A stretch of 43,269 bases of DNA from Alphaproteobacteria bacterium UBA2562 (GCA_002340345.1 DDLW01000078.1:1-43269); one strand, 5' to 3'. Counted from the stretch's first letter, positions 29,985 through 40,940 are shown. Notes: a model not told the origin generated them from the sequence alone. Made by a program: numbers and translations.

Positions 29985-30335
29985 TTATCTATGGGCAAGC
30001 TGATGCGGTGAATGGCTATAATAACTTTCCGGTGTAATAACAAGATCTGTTTTATGGGCCATATTCAATAAAACAGCCGCTTGCTCTTCGAGCATATCCG
30101 GATCAAGACTGCCTGGGCGCAACAAAGAAACGCGTTCTGCGAGATCTTCACGCTCTTGTGCTAAGGCCTGTCTTTCAAGTTCAGCGACGGCAATATCTTG
30201 TTTGAGTTTTACGAGTGCCAAAATACCGCGCTCTCCTTGGACAGCATGATATCCAAAATAGCCAATCAGACAAACAGCTAAAAGCGTTTGCCAAAGAATA
30301 TGGGAATGGCGTCGTATTTCGTTAAACAGAGTCAT
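29985..30335 (-). CDS. ftsB: Cell division protein FtsB / septum formation initiator family
   Basis: Single TM (LWQTLLAVCLIGYFGYHAV) followed by a short coiled coil (GERGILALVKLKQDIAVAELERQALAQEREDL). It sits in the conserved position between eno and pdhA. I prefer the ATG at 30335; the ORF extends to 30452 with atypical residues. Confidence 0.8.
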   Translation of the reverse strand: MTLFNEIRRHSHILWQTLLAVCLIGYFGYHAVQGERGILALVKLKQDIAVAELERQALAQEREDLAERVSLLRPGSLDPDMLEEQAAVLLNMAHKTDLVITPESYYSHSPHQLAHR

Positions 30336-30540
30336 GGCGCAACATGAATATCCGAGATGAAAACGGTGTTGCACAGCAACATAGACCTTAATCTTACGGA
30401 TAAGATTTTCAATGCCTATGATGTGTGCGCGAAACAAAAACGAAGATGTCAAAAGCCTTTTGATTCCTCGTCCATCTCAAATCAAACATGTTCGTCGTTA
30501 ATTTCTCCTTACGATTTGGACGTAAGAATAGATAAAATTT

Positions 30541-30580
30541 AAAAAAAACGGTGAGGGATTGATATCCCATCACCGTTTTT
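30541..30580 (-). terminator. Bidirectional rho-independent terminator downstream of eno
   Basis: A8, then CGGTGAGGGA (30549-30558), loop TTGATA, TCCCATCACCG (30565-30575), then a T5CT4 tract. One bulged A is in the stem. Confidence 0.85.
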
Positions 30581-30675
30581 CTTTTCTTTTCATGTGCTTA
30601 AGAGAAGAGTGGCAAATGTAATGAAGCCTGCATGAAGGGCGCATTTTACCCTTTTTCGCAGCTTATCAGCGTCTC

Positions 30676-31977
<1,302 letters not shown>

Positions 31978-32042
31978 CTATAATTCTCACATAAAGGACA
32001 TAATCTCTTAGATTAAAAATCCTCTACACTTATTTGATTATC

Positions 32043-32882
32043 TTATGATTTTGCAATCTCATCGAATTGTTTAAGCCGGGCAAGTAAGGCAGGCATGTCT
32101 TGTAAAGGCACCATATTCGGCCCGTCACTGACCGCACGATCGGGATCCTGATGTGTTTCCATAAAAACACCAGCAACACCAACCGCAATAGCTGCGCGTG
32201 CTAAAACAGGAACGAATTCCCTTTGGCCACCACTCGTTGTCCCCTGCCCTCCTGGCTGTTGCACAGAATGCGTTGCATCAAAGATCACAGGATGCCCTGT
32301 TTCCGCCATAATGGGCAAAGACCGCATGTCCGAGACCAAAGTGTTATAGCCGAAACTGACCCCTCGTTCGCACAGCATGATATTGTTATTGCCGCTTTCG
32401 ATCATTTTGGCGAGCACCTGTTTCATATCCCAAGGTGCGAGAAACTGACCCTTTTTCACATTCACCGCTTTTCCAGTTTCCGCTGCTGCAATCAGCAAAT
32501 CTGTTTGGCGGCAGAGAAAAGCTGGGATTTGGAGAACATCGATGACCTCTGCCAGACGCTGACATTGCCCAGCTTCATGGACATCTGTGATCACAGGACA
32601 GCCAAAACGTTCTTTTACCTCTTGGAATATAGGAAGGGCGTTTTCAAGACCAATCCCACGTGCACTCTTAAGGCTTGTCCGGTTGGCCTTGTCAAAACTT
32701 GATTTATAAATCAGACCAATCCCAAGCTTCTGCGTCATTTCAGTGAGAGCTGCCGCCATTTCTAGCGCATGGTCACGACTTTCCATGGCACAAGGACCTG
32801 CAATAAGCACGAACGGAAGCGTGTTTCCGATCTGCAATGATCCAATTGTGAGTGTCTGACTTTTGGGCTGATTGGCGAGCAT
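32043..32882 (-). CDS. kdsA: 3-deoxy-8-phosphooctulonate synthase
   Basis: [23 protein letters not shown] and DATHSVQ motifs. The ATG at 32882 has AAGGAA upstream. The ATG at 32903 is an alternative that adds 7 aa. Confidence 0.92.
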   Translation of the reverse strand: MLANQPKSQTLTIGSLQIGNTLPFVLIAGPCAMESRDHALEMAAALTEMTQKLGIGLIYKSSFDKANRTSLKSARGIGLENALPIFQEVKERFGCPVITDVHEAGQCQRLAEVIDVLQIPAFLCRQTDLLIAAAETGKAVNVKKGQFLAPWDMKQVLAKMIESGNNNIMLCERGVSFGYNTLVSDMRSLPIMAETGHPVIFDATHSVQQPGGQGTTSGGQREFVPVLARAAIAVGVAGVFMETHQDPDRAVSDGPNMVPLQDMPALLARLKQFDEIAKS

Positions 32883-32935
32883 TATGCCATTCCTTTGAAA
32901 CATAACGGAAGTTTCTGAGATCTTAGATCATACCC

Positions 32936-34561
32936 TCAAACCAAACGGGCCTTTTTGACAGCGGCGCCAATAAAAGACGAAAACAGAGGATGAGGATCAA
33001 ATGGTTTTGATTTCAATTCCGGATGGAACTGGACACCAACAAACCAGGGATGTTCTGGGAGTTCAATAATTTCGGGTAACCTTTTATCAGGCGACATGCC
33101 GGAAAAACGAAGCCCCGATGCTTCGAGGGCATCGCGATAGCGGATATTGACTTCATAACGATGACGATGGCGTTCGCTGATTTTTTCCGCGCCGTAAATC
33201 TGAGAGACGAGACTCCCTTGCGCTAAATTACAATCATAAGCGCCAAGCCGCATTGTACCACCATAATCTTGGGTCTCATTACGGCGCTCAACTTGATCAC
33301 CGCTTGCCCATTCTGTCAATAAGCCCACAATCGGCTCATCACACGGCCCAAATTCCGTCGAGCCAGCTTCTGAAATCCCAGCAAGATTCCGGGCAGATTC
33401 AATCACAGCCATTTGCATCCCGAAACAAATACCGAAATAAGGAATTCTAAATTCACGGGCAAATTTCACAGCCGCGACCTTACCCTCGGCCCCTCTTTCT
33501 CCAAAGCCACCCGGCACAAGGATACCATCCACGCCATCAAGACGATGGATAGAATCGTTTTTTTCAAAAATCTCAGAATCAATCCAATTCAAATTGACCT
33601 TTACATTATTGGCCAGGCCACCATGTGTTAAGGCTTCTGCTAAGGATTTATAAGAGTCAACAAGGCTCGTATATTTGCCAACAATCGCAATCGTGACTTC
33701 ACCTTCAGGATGTTTGACATGGTGAACGATTTCTTTCCAGCGTGTTAAGTCTGGCTCATTCGCTTCAAAGCCAAAATGCCGTAAGACTTCGGTATCGAGG
33801 CCATATTCATGATAGACATTGGGCACATCATAGATGGTTTCGACATCTGGTGCTGGAATCACCCGCTCTTCTCTCAGATTGCAAAATAAAGCAATCTTAC
33901 GGCGTGATGATGATGGCACTGGTTTTTCACAACGGCACAACAGGATATCAGGCTGAATCCCATGGCCGAGCAGTTCTTTCACAGAATGTTGTGTTGGCTT
34001 GGTTTTAAATTCACCTGCCGAAGCGATATAGGGAACCAAGGTCAAATGGAGAAACAAAGAGCGTTCCCGACCAAGTTCATTGCCCATTTGGCGAATGGCT
34101 TCAATGAAAGGAAGCCCCTCAATATCCCCTATTGTGCCGCCAATCTCGCATAAGACAAAATCTGTATCTTGGCTATTGGCCCATACAAAGGATTTAATCG
34201 CATCGGTCACATGGGGAATGACCTGAACGGTTGCCCCGAGATAATCGCCCCGTCTTTCTCTGGCAATAACCGTTGAGTAGATTTTGCCAGAGGTAACATT
34301 ATCTCCTTTTTGCGCAGCGACGCCTGTATAACGCTCATAATGGCCTAAATCTAAGTCTGTTTCTGCACCATCATCGGTTACAAAAACTTCGCCATGTTGC
34401 GTCGGACTCATGGTTCCTGGATCAACATTTAAATAAGGATCCAATTTACGAAGCCGGACGGAATATCCGCGCGCTTGTAATAAAGCACCGAGAGCTGCCG
34501 CAGACAGCCCTTTTCCCAATGAAGAAACAACACCACCAGTGATGAAAATAAAACGGGTCAT
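32936..34561 (-). CDS. pyrG: CTP synthase
   Basis: [19 protein letters not shown]-terminus and a glutamine amidotransferase domain (GICFGMQ, HRHRYE). Confidence 0.97.
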   Translation of the reverse strand: MTRFIFITGGVVSSLGKGLSAAALGALLQARGYSVRLRKLDPYLNVDPGTMSPTQHGEVFVTDDGAETDLDLGHYERYTGVAAQKGDNVTSGKIYSTVIARERRGDYLGATVQVIPHVTDAIKSFVWANSQDTDFVLCEIGGTIGDIEGLPFIEAIRQMGNELGRERSLFLHLTLVPYIASAGEFKTKPTQHSVKELLGHGIQPDILLCRCEKPVPSSSRRKIALFCNLREERVIPAPDVETIYDVPNVYHEYGLDTEVLRHFGFEANEPDLTRWKEIVHHVKHPEGEVTIAIVGKYTSLVDSYKSLAEALTHGGLANNVKVNLNWIDSEIFEKNDSIHRLDGVDGILVPGGFGERGAEGKVAAVKFAREFRIPYFGICFGMQMAVIESARNLAGISEAGSTEFGPCDEPIVGLLTEWASGDQVERRNETQDYGGTMRLGAYDCNLAQGSLVSQIYGAEKISERHRHRYEVNIRYRDALEASGLRFSGMSPDKRLPEIIELPEHPWFVGVQFHPELKSKPFDPHPLFSSFIGAAVKKARLV

Positions 34562-34664
34562 GATCTTTTCTCAAATAAAAGCTTTGATCGATTGCAGAAG
34601 CTTTACACAGCTATAAGCGTAGTATGTTCAGAAAAATTGTCTTAATAATTCCGTTTTCTGCTTT

Positions 34665-34769
34665 AAAGCAAAGCGCGTTAAAGTGGGATGACTTTAACGA
34701 TGCGTTTTGCGGCAAAAACAAAGACATAGAGCATTTCACCTGAGTCACCATCAAAGCGAAAGGCTCTAA
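34665..34769 (+). repeat. Copy B of the structured intergenic repeat (most diverged full copy)
   Basis: Hairpin 1 is GTTAAAGT-gggatg-ACTTTAAC. The core is GATGCGTTTTGCGGCAAAAACAAAGACAT. Hairpin 3 is AGAGCATTTC (34728-34737) paired with GAAAGGCTCT (34758-34767), with one mismatch. Confidence 0.8.
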
Positions 34770-35039
34770 AATTTCTCGCAAAAGAACCCCATCAAATTTA
34801 AGTCAATTTGATGAGCTTTTGGTCGCAAGCTTCATTCTGTGTCCGAAAACTCTTGGCGTGCTCATTGGCACTCTTATCAGCTTTTGTTTGAGAAGAGTTT
34901 GGTTTGCGGTAAATATAAAAATCTACCCTCTCCCACGACCCATCTTGGTCGCAGGAGAGCTCAGAACCAGCACGCCAAAACAATAAGTCCTGAATATCAA
35001 GGAATTTTAAGAGGATCCCAAGAGATCCTCTTAAAAGTT

Positions 35040-35633
35040 TTATTGAGGTAAAGCTGGTGTTTGGGAAGGTGCATTTTCTATCAAAGGCTGAATTTCTCCT
35101 GGAGGATTGCCCATCTCAGAGTCTTCGTTTGAGGAGGTTGGTGAAATCTCTGTCGGTGTTTCTGGGGTTGGCGCCTCTAAGCCTCCAGGCACAGAGGGCA
35201 CAGATTCTGTCCCTGTAACATCCGGAACAGCAGGCGCAACAGATCCTGGAGCTGTGGGTACAGAAGGTGCAACGGGTGATGTTGGTGCGTTATGCATCGG
35301 ATTGGGAATGCTGGGACCCGTTTGATCCTGAGCAGGGGCTGGTTGCTCCATTTGACCTTCTTCCATGAAGGAGCCCCCTTCTTTTTCTGCTAAACTAAAG
35401 CCCCCCGCTAAAAATGCGAGGACCAAACTGCTTAGCATAAAAGCGCCAGCAAGAACGGCTGTTGTCCGCGTTAGAAAATTGGCTGTGCCACGACCGGACA
35501 TCAATCCACCCATTCCACCGCCACCACCGCCGCCTCCGATTCCAAGTCCACCGCCTTCACTACGCTGGATGAGAATAAGAGCAACCAATGCAATGGTTAT
35601 AAGAACATGCACGACAAGGAGGATATCTTCCAT
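35040..35633 (-). CDS. secG: Preprotein translocase subunit SecG with a long Pro/Ala/Thr/Ser-rich C-terminal tail
   Basis: TM1 (LLVVHVLITIALVALILIQ), a Gly-rich loop (GGGLGIGGGGGGGGMGG), TM2, and then about 118 aa of low-complexity tail. Confidence 0.88.
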   Translation of the reverse strand: MEDILLVVHVLITIALVALILIQRSEGGGLGIGGGGGGGGMGGLMSGRGTANFLTRTTAVLAGAFMLSSLVLAFLAGGFSLAEKEGGSFMEEGQMEQPAPAQDQTGPSIPNPMHNAPTSPVAPSVPTAPGSVAPAVPDVTGTESVPSVPGGLEAPTPETPTEISPTSSNEDSEMGNPPGEIQPLIENAPSQTPALPQ

Positions 35634-35809
35634 ACTTTCAAAAGCCTTTACAGGATAAAATCAGTCTTTGGTTCGGCGTGAGCTGTTTGTCCAAGCACAT
35701 TCTGACAAGCTGGTAGGTGCTCTCTATAAAATCAGAAAACATGCCTTAGAAAAGATAGAAAAAAGCAAAGCCGATGAAAATCGAACCTACGGCCTCGACA
35801 ACCAAACAC

Positions 35810-35915
35810 TAGAGCAAAGCTGGTTAAAGTGGCATCACTTTAAGCATGCGTTTTGCGGAAAAAACAAAAACATAGAGCATTTCCACGAATTCAAGATAAA
35901 AGTGAAATGCTCTAA
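35810..35915 (+). repeat. Copy C of the structured intergenic repeat
   Basis: TAGAGCAAAGCTGG. Hairpin 1 is TTAAAGTG (35824-35831), loop gcat, CACTTTAA (35836-35843). The core is CATGCGTTTTGCGGAAAAAACAAAAACAT. Hairpin 3 is AGAGCATTTC (35874-35883) paired with GAAATGCTCT (35904-35913). Confidence 0.88.
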
Positions 35916-36040
35916 AACGCAACGCCCCAATCCGACAGGCCTGGAGCGTCGCGCTTTTGTTGCGTTCATCTTAAAAGGGGTTTTAGCGTTTTGTTTCGGT
36001 CTTGACCAGTCTTTTGCGCTTTTGCCCGAGAAAATGCTTC

Positions 36041-36832
36041 TTAAGGAGCAGCTGCTTCTATGATGGCTTGGAAATCAGCTGCCTTTAAACTGGCGCCGCC
36101 AACAAGAGCCCCATTGACATTGGCTTGGGCCAGAATTTCTTTCGCATTCCCAGGCTTGACAGAACCGCCATAGAGGAGTCGGATGGTGGCAAAGTCAGTG
36201 AGAAAAAGGCTCAAAACCTCTCTCATATGACGATGCATCGCGGCAATATCATCAAGTGTGGGTGTGTGCCCTGTTCCAATCGCCCAAACGGGCTCATAGG
36301 CAATCACGACATTTTCAGCATTCGACTCCGGTGGGACTGAGGCTTTGATTTGCGCCCCGACAATGTCCAGCGCTTGACCGGCTTCTCTTTGTGCTAAAGT
36401 TTCCCCGACACAAACAATGGCCTGGAGGCCAGCCTGTTGGGCCGCCCGTGCTTTTTCTAAAACAAGAGAATCAGTTTCCCCCCAATCTGCGCGCCGTTCC
36501 GAATGGCCCACAATGACAGAACAACAGCCACTTTCGGCGATCATCTCTGCGGCAATATCCCCTGTATGGGCCCCTGTCTTTTGCATATGGCAGTCTTGGG
36601 CACCGACTCCCAAAAGGGGGGCTTGAGCACCGCTTGCGGTTTTGACAGCGTGCACAGCGCGTTCTATCCAAAGCGCCGGAGGACAAATGACAGCGTCTAC
36701 GGTCTCTGACGGCTTGGCGAGAACATATTGGGCAAGCGCCTGGGCAAGCGCCTCTGTTCCTTGCCCCGTCATGTTCATTTTCCAATTGCCTGCAATCAAA
36801 AATTTTGGTTTCGGCGCCTCTTGCTCAACCAT
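36041..36832 (-). CDS. tpiA: Triosephosphate isomerase
   Basis: IAGNWKMN, VGHSERR, AYEPVWAIGTG and YGGSV motifs. Confidence 0.96.
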   Translation of the reverse strand: MVEQEAPKPKFLIAGNWKMNMTGQGTEALAQALAQYVLAKPSETVDAVICPPALWIERAVHAVKTASGAQAPLLGVGAQDCHMQKTGAHTGDIAAEMIAESGCCSVIVGHSERRADWGETDSLVLEKARAAQQAGLQAIVCVGETLAQREAGQALDIVGAQIKASVPPESNAENVVIAYEPVWAIGTGHTPTLDDIAAMHRHMREVLSLFLTDFATIRLLYGGSVKPGNAKEILAQANVNGALVGGASLKAADFQAIIEAAAP

Positions 36833-37326
36833 GATGTTTATCTTTCATTCTTGCTTGAAGTTACTTTATCTCTATGGCACGAAAGCAGATGCTTATGGGC
36901 CTGCAATGCACTTTCTTGGGGGCATAGAGACAAACAGATCAAGATTTCTCCATCGCTAAAGTCTGACCATTTTCTGCTGTAGGGGTTGCAGTGCCGCTTT
37001 ACCGCTTTTATGATCGCACACTATGGAAAATTCTAACGCTCTTTTCCAACAGTTTTCATATTTCTGCAAGCTCTCTGTGGGGCTATCGATGAGAGAGATC
37101 TACAGTCTGTCATTTGATGTCACTTCAGGCATCACGTCGCAAAACCCCCTAAAATGATGCCCTAAAGCCCGGAAGAAACAGTAAGGATGTTAGAGCCTCA
37201 TCGTCTAGCAAGCCTCACCATCGCCCGCAAAAACACCGATCTCATAGCGTCACTATGAGCAAAACGGTCTTTAGGACGCGATGGTTTACGAAAAGACTCT
37301 TTTGAATTGTTCAGATTGGAAGCCAC

Positions 37327-39225
37327 ATGTTAACGACCCTTCGTGGTGCTGCAGGCACTTGGTTGGTGAAAATCCTCTTTGTGATCTTAATTCTCAGCTT
37401 TGGTGCTTGGGGGTTATCGGATTTTACAAGCTCTGGTGGTGTTCGTTCTGATATGGCCCTTTCTATTAATGGGCAAAATGTTGACATGCGTACCCTGGAC
37501 CAAGCTTTCCAAAGCGATGTTCGCCGTATGGGACAAGCGTTCGGAGCAACTTTGAGCATCGATCAAGCGCGTCAAATCGGCCTTTTACAACAGACCATCC
37601 AACGTTTCATTGATGATGCGCTTGTGCAACAAATGACCGGGCAGCTCCAGTTGGGAGCCAGTGATAATGCGGTGCGTGCTGCGATTCGAAATGATCCGAG
37701 CTTCCAGGGAGAAGACGGGCAGTATATACAAAGCCGCTTTGAAGCCCTTCTTACACAAGCCGGTCTCACAGAAGCACAATATGTCGAAACGGTGAGAGCA
37801 CAATTAATCGCCAACGCTTTAAGTATAAGCATGAGCCAAGGCGGGACCGCATCCCGCATTTTAGCAGAACGCCTCTATGCCCATGAAAATGAAAAAAGAA
37901 GAATCAGCCTTATAACATTACCAGCGGATCAATTTGGGACTGTGCCTGCGCCTTCTCACGAAGAGTTAGAGACCTTTTACCGAGAGAATGAAAGCCTTTT
38001 CCAAACACCAACTTACCGGAAAATCAACTATCTCAATTTGTCTTTAGCAGATATAGCCAAGGATATTGCGGTCTCCCCAGAAGAGCTGCAGCAAGAATAT
38101 GAAGCGCGTTTACCGGAATTCTCCACCCCTCCTAAAGCCAAACTTGCGCAAATTCTTGTCCAAGATGCCGCTCAAGCACAAACGATCATGGATGCCGTAA
38201 AGGCTGGCAGCACACTCACCGAAGCCGCTCAAGCACAAAATGGTGGAGCCCTCGAGGATCTTGGATGGCTGGGACAGGATGAATTGCTTGAAACCCTGGC
38301 TGAACCTGTGTTTGCCCTAAATGTTGGCGAGATCGGCGGTCCCTTTGAGACCCCTCTCGGATTCCATATCTTTCAGCTGCATGAGAGGGCAGAAAGCCAA
38401 GTCAAAACTCTGGAAGATGTCGATGTGAAAGAGCAGCTCACACAAAATCTTGCCCAGAATAAAGCCGTTGATGTTGCTGTTGATCTTTCAAATACGCTGA
38501 ATGATCTTTTAGCAGGCGGTGCGACATTAGAAGAAGCCGGGCGTGATATGGGGCTAGAGGTTCTTAAGATTGCGGGCCTTGCACAAGATGGTACCGAAAT
38601 CGGGTCTGGTAACGTCATAACAGGGAATCTTCCTGACGGAAACAACTTTACCCAAGTGGCTTTTGAAACGGCAAAAAGTGATTCCAGTTCTGTGATAGAA
38701 ACAGAAGAAGGCAACTATTTCGTCCTTCATGTCGAAGACATTATCGCACCAGAACTCAAGCCTTTAGAACAAGTGCGCGATGATGTTGAAAAAGCACTTA
38801 TGCTCAATCGGCAGGAAGATGCTGGTAAAATAAAAGCAACCGCCCTTGTTGAAAAAGCACAGCGTGGCACATTGTTAGAGGTCATTGCGCAAGAAGAAGG
38901 TTTGCCTTATAAGCCCTCTTCCTTGATTGCGAGACGCAACACAGATGAAAGAAATTCAATTCCCCCTGCCCTGACCGAGGAAATTTTTAAAATTAAAGTC
39001 GGTGATGTCGTCATGATGGCTGCCGGCGAGGATTTCCTCATTGCGAAGTTGAATGAAATTCAACCCATAAAAATCGAGAACCATGGAAGTGATGTTGCGA
39101 AAAGAAAAGACCAAATCAGTCTTAACCTTCAGCAAGATTTCCGCCAACAATTCTTAACAGCTTTAAGAGCACAAGCTGAGATCAGCATTAATTATGATCT
39201 CATCAATAAATATTATGAAAGATAA
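37327..39225 (+). CDS. ppiD: Periplasmic chaperone / peptidyl-prolyl isomerase PpiD (SurA-N + parvulin-like domain)
   Basis: N-terminal membrane anchor (WLVKILFVILILSFGAWG), a SurA-N-like region, and a central parvulin-like segment (AKLAQILV...GGPFETPLGFHIFQL). The length of 632 aa is typical. Confidence 0.85.
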   Translation: MLTTLRGAAGTWLVKILFVILILSFGAWGLSDFTSSGGVRSDMALSINGQNVDMRTLDQAFQSDVRRMGQAFGATLSIDQARQIGLLQQTIQRFIDDALVQQMTGQLQLGASDNAVRAAIRNDPSFQGEDGQYIQSRFEALLTQAGLTEAQYVETVRAQLIANALSISMSQGGTASRILAERLYAHENEKRRISLITLPADQFGTVPAPSHEELETFYRENESLFQTPTYRKINYLNLSLADIAKDIAVSPEELQQEYEARLPEFSTPPKAKLAQILVQDAAQAQTIMDAVKAGSTLTEAAQAQNGGALEDLGWLGQDELLETLAEPVFALNVGEIGGPFETPLGFHIFQLHERAESQVKTLEDVDVKEQLTQNLAQNKAVDVAVDLSNTLNDLLAGGATLEEAGRDMGLEVLKIAGLAQDGTEIGSGNVITGNLPDGNNFTQVAFETAKSDSSSVIETEEGNYFVLHVEDIIAPELKPLEQVRDDVEKALMLNRQEDAGKIKATALVEKAQRGTLLEVIAQEEGLPYKPSSLIARRNTDERNSIPPALTEEIFKIKVGDVVMMAAGEDFLIAKLNEIQPIKIENHGSDVAKRKDQISLNLQQDFRQQFLTALRAQAEISINYDLINKYYER

Positions 39226-39360
39226 GAAAGGCTATCTTTCTTGCGTTTCTTCACGATTTTTAGAGTTTGCGAAGAAACATATGAAAAGAAGCGACCCAAG
39301 GCGATGCTTTTTGCCATAAGCTTTGATCGCGATGAATCACAATGAAGAAAGTGAATCACA

Positions 39361-40866
39361 ATGAAAGCGACACCAGAGTTCGAGACGTTTCAGAAACTTT
39401 ATGATGATGGGCGTCCTCAACTCGTCTGGACAAGCTTTCGAGAAGATTTGTCAACCCCCCTGGCCGCCTATATGAAACTCGCTGAAGGGCGGCCTTACAG
39501 TTTCTTTTTTGAATCCATAAAAGATGGGGATAAGCGCGGTCGCTACAGTATTATCGGTCTAAAACCCGATCTTATTTGGCGCTGTAAAAATGGTCATGCT
39601 GAAATCAATCAGAATGCACGCGCCAATCTCGAAGATTTTCTATCTTGTGATGCGAAGCCCTTGGAGTCTTTGCGTCAATTGGTTGCTGAATGCCAGCTTG
39701 ACTATCCCAAAGATTTACCCGCCATGGCCTCTGGCCTCTTTGGCTATATGGGATATGATTGCGTGCGCATGATGGAAGACTTGCCCGATCATAATCCCGA
39801 CCTCTTATCGGTCCCAGATTCCATTATGTTCCGGCCCAGCATTCTTGTTGTGTTCGATAACACCAAAGATATTGTCACAATTGTGACCCCAGTATGGCCA
39901 CAGGCTGGGATGGACGCTAAATGTGCTTATAATTTGGCAAGAGAACGCTTGGTCGACGCAAAAACAGAATTCGGTCGTCCCTTACCAACCCGAAAAGACC
40001 GTCTTCCAGCGGGCGCGGTGCTCAGCGACCCTGAAATTAACATGACCAAAGACGATTTTTTCGCGATGGTCGCTAAAGCAAAAGATTATATTGCTGCGGG
40101 AGATGCTTTCCAAATTGTTGGATCCCAACGCTTTACAGTCCCTTTCCCTTTGTCTTCTCTTGCCTTCTACCGGTCTTTACGCCGTCTCAATCCTTCGCCT
40201 TATCTGTTCTTAGTCACTCTTGACGATTTTTCGATCATTGGATCTTCGCCAGAAATTCTCGTTAGTCTTGAGGCTGGCACAGTCACCATTCGCCCTCTTG
40301 CTGGAACACGGAAAAGAGGCGCCTCCGCCGAAGAAGATTTAGCCTTAAAAGAAGATCTTTTAGCAGATCCAAAGGAACGTGCCGAACATCTTATGCTTTT
40401 GGATCTTGGCCGGAATGATGTCGGGCGCGTCTGCGAGATTGGATCCGTAAAGCCCACAAAACAGTTTGAAGTCGACTATTATTCTCATGTCATGCATATC
40501 ATTTCCAATGTCGAAGGAAAATTGCGCAAAGATCTCTGCGCAATGGATGCTCTGATCGGAGGCTTTCCTGCCGGTACCGTGAGCGGCGCCCCTAAAGTCC
40601 GGGCGATGGAAATCATAGATGAATTAGAACCTGTGCGCCGGGGCGTTTACGCGGGCGCGGTTGGCTATTTTGCCTCAAATGGTGACATGGACACCTGCAT
40701 CGCTTTACGGACAGCGGTTCTCAAAAATGGTTCATTATATGTCCAATCCGGTGTTGGGATTGTCGCTGATAGTGATCCAGAATCAGAATATCAAGAAAGC
40801 TATAACAAAGCCAAAGCCCTCCTCCGCGCCGCAGAAGACGCTATGGAGATCGCTGCAGACTCATAA
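39361..40866 (+). CDS. trpE: Anthranilate synthase component I (stand-alone, not fused to TrpG)
   Basis: Chorismate-binding motifs: GDAFQIVGSQRF, SPEILV, ERAEHLMLLDLGRNDVGRV, GAPKVRAMEIIDELE, GVYAGAVGYF. Confidence 0.95.
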   Translation: MKATPEFETFQKLYDDGRPQLVWTSFREDLSTPLAAYMKLAEGRPYSFFFESIKDGDKRGRYSIIGLKPDLIWRCKNGHAEINQNARANLEDFLSCDAKPLESLRQLVAECQLDYPKDLPAMASGLFGYMGYDCVRMMEDLPDHNPDLLSVPDSIMFRPSILVVFDNTKDIVTIVTPVWPQAGMDAKCAYNLARERLVDAKTEFGRPLPTRKDRLPAGAVLSDPEINMTKDDFFAMVAKAKDYIAAGDAFQIVGSQRFTVPFPLSSLAFYRSLRRLNPSPYLFLVTLDDFSIIGSSPEILVSLEAGTVTIRPLAGTRKRGASAEEDLALKEDLLADPKERAEHLMLLDLGRNDVGRVCEIGSVKPTKQFEVDYYSHVMHIISNVEGKLRKDLCAMDALIGGFPAGTVSGAPKVRAMEIIDELEPVRRGVYAGAVGYFASNGDMDTCIALRTAVLKNGSLYVQSGVGIVADSDPESEYQESYNKAKALLRAAEDAMEIAADS

Positions 40867-40940
40867 GGGCTCGGCACGTCTTTTCTTCCGTTGGAGAAGA
40901 CCAAAGACGTGCCAAAGGGCTGAACCAACTCCTTTGCCCT

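Noticed and set aside
34798-34983. 61-aa minus-strand ORF in the pyrG-secG spacer
   Set aside because: There is no SD, no motifs and an odd composition. The spacer is better explained by repeat copy B plus promoter and terminator sequence.
35781-35809. tRNA-like GGTTCGATT T-loop motif on the minus strand next to repeat copy C, and D-loop-like AGCTGGTTA inside the repeat
   Set aside because: The flanking bases do not form a T-stem (GTAGG versus TTCAT), and no acceptor or anticodon arms can be drawn. At best it is a decayed fragment, and it may be chance.
35668-36063. 131-aa plus-strand ORF in the secG-tpiA spacer
   Set aside because: It reads straight through repeat copy C (…LEQSWLKWHHFKHAFCGKNKNIEHFHEFKIKVKCSK…). 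The other repeat copies are not in conserved frames, and there is no SD. I consider it spurious.
36875-36892. TGGCAC in the tpiA-ppiD spacer as a possible sigma-54 (-24/-12) promoter, given the NtrC/NtrX genes nearby
   Set aside because: At the required spacing (12 nt from the GG) the sequence reads GA rather than GC. The nearby GC dinucleotides are 3 nt too close or 3 nt too far.
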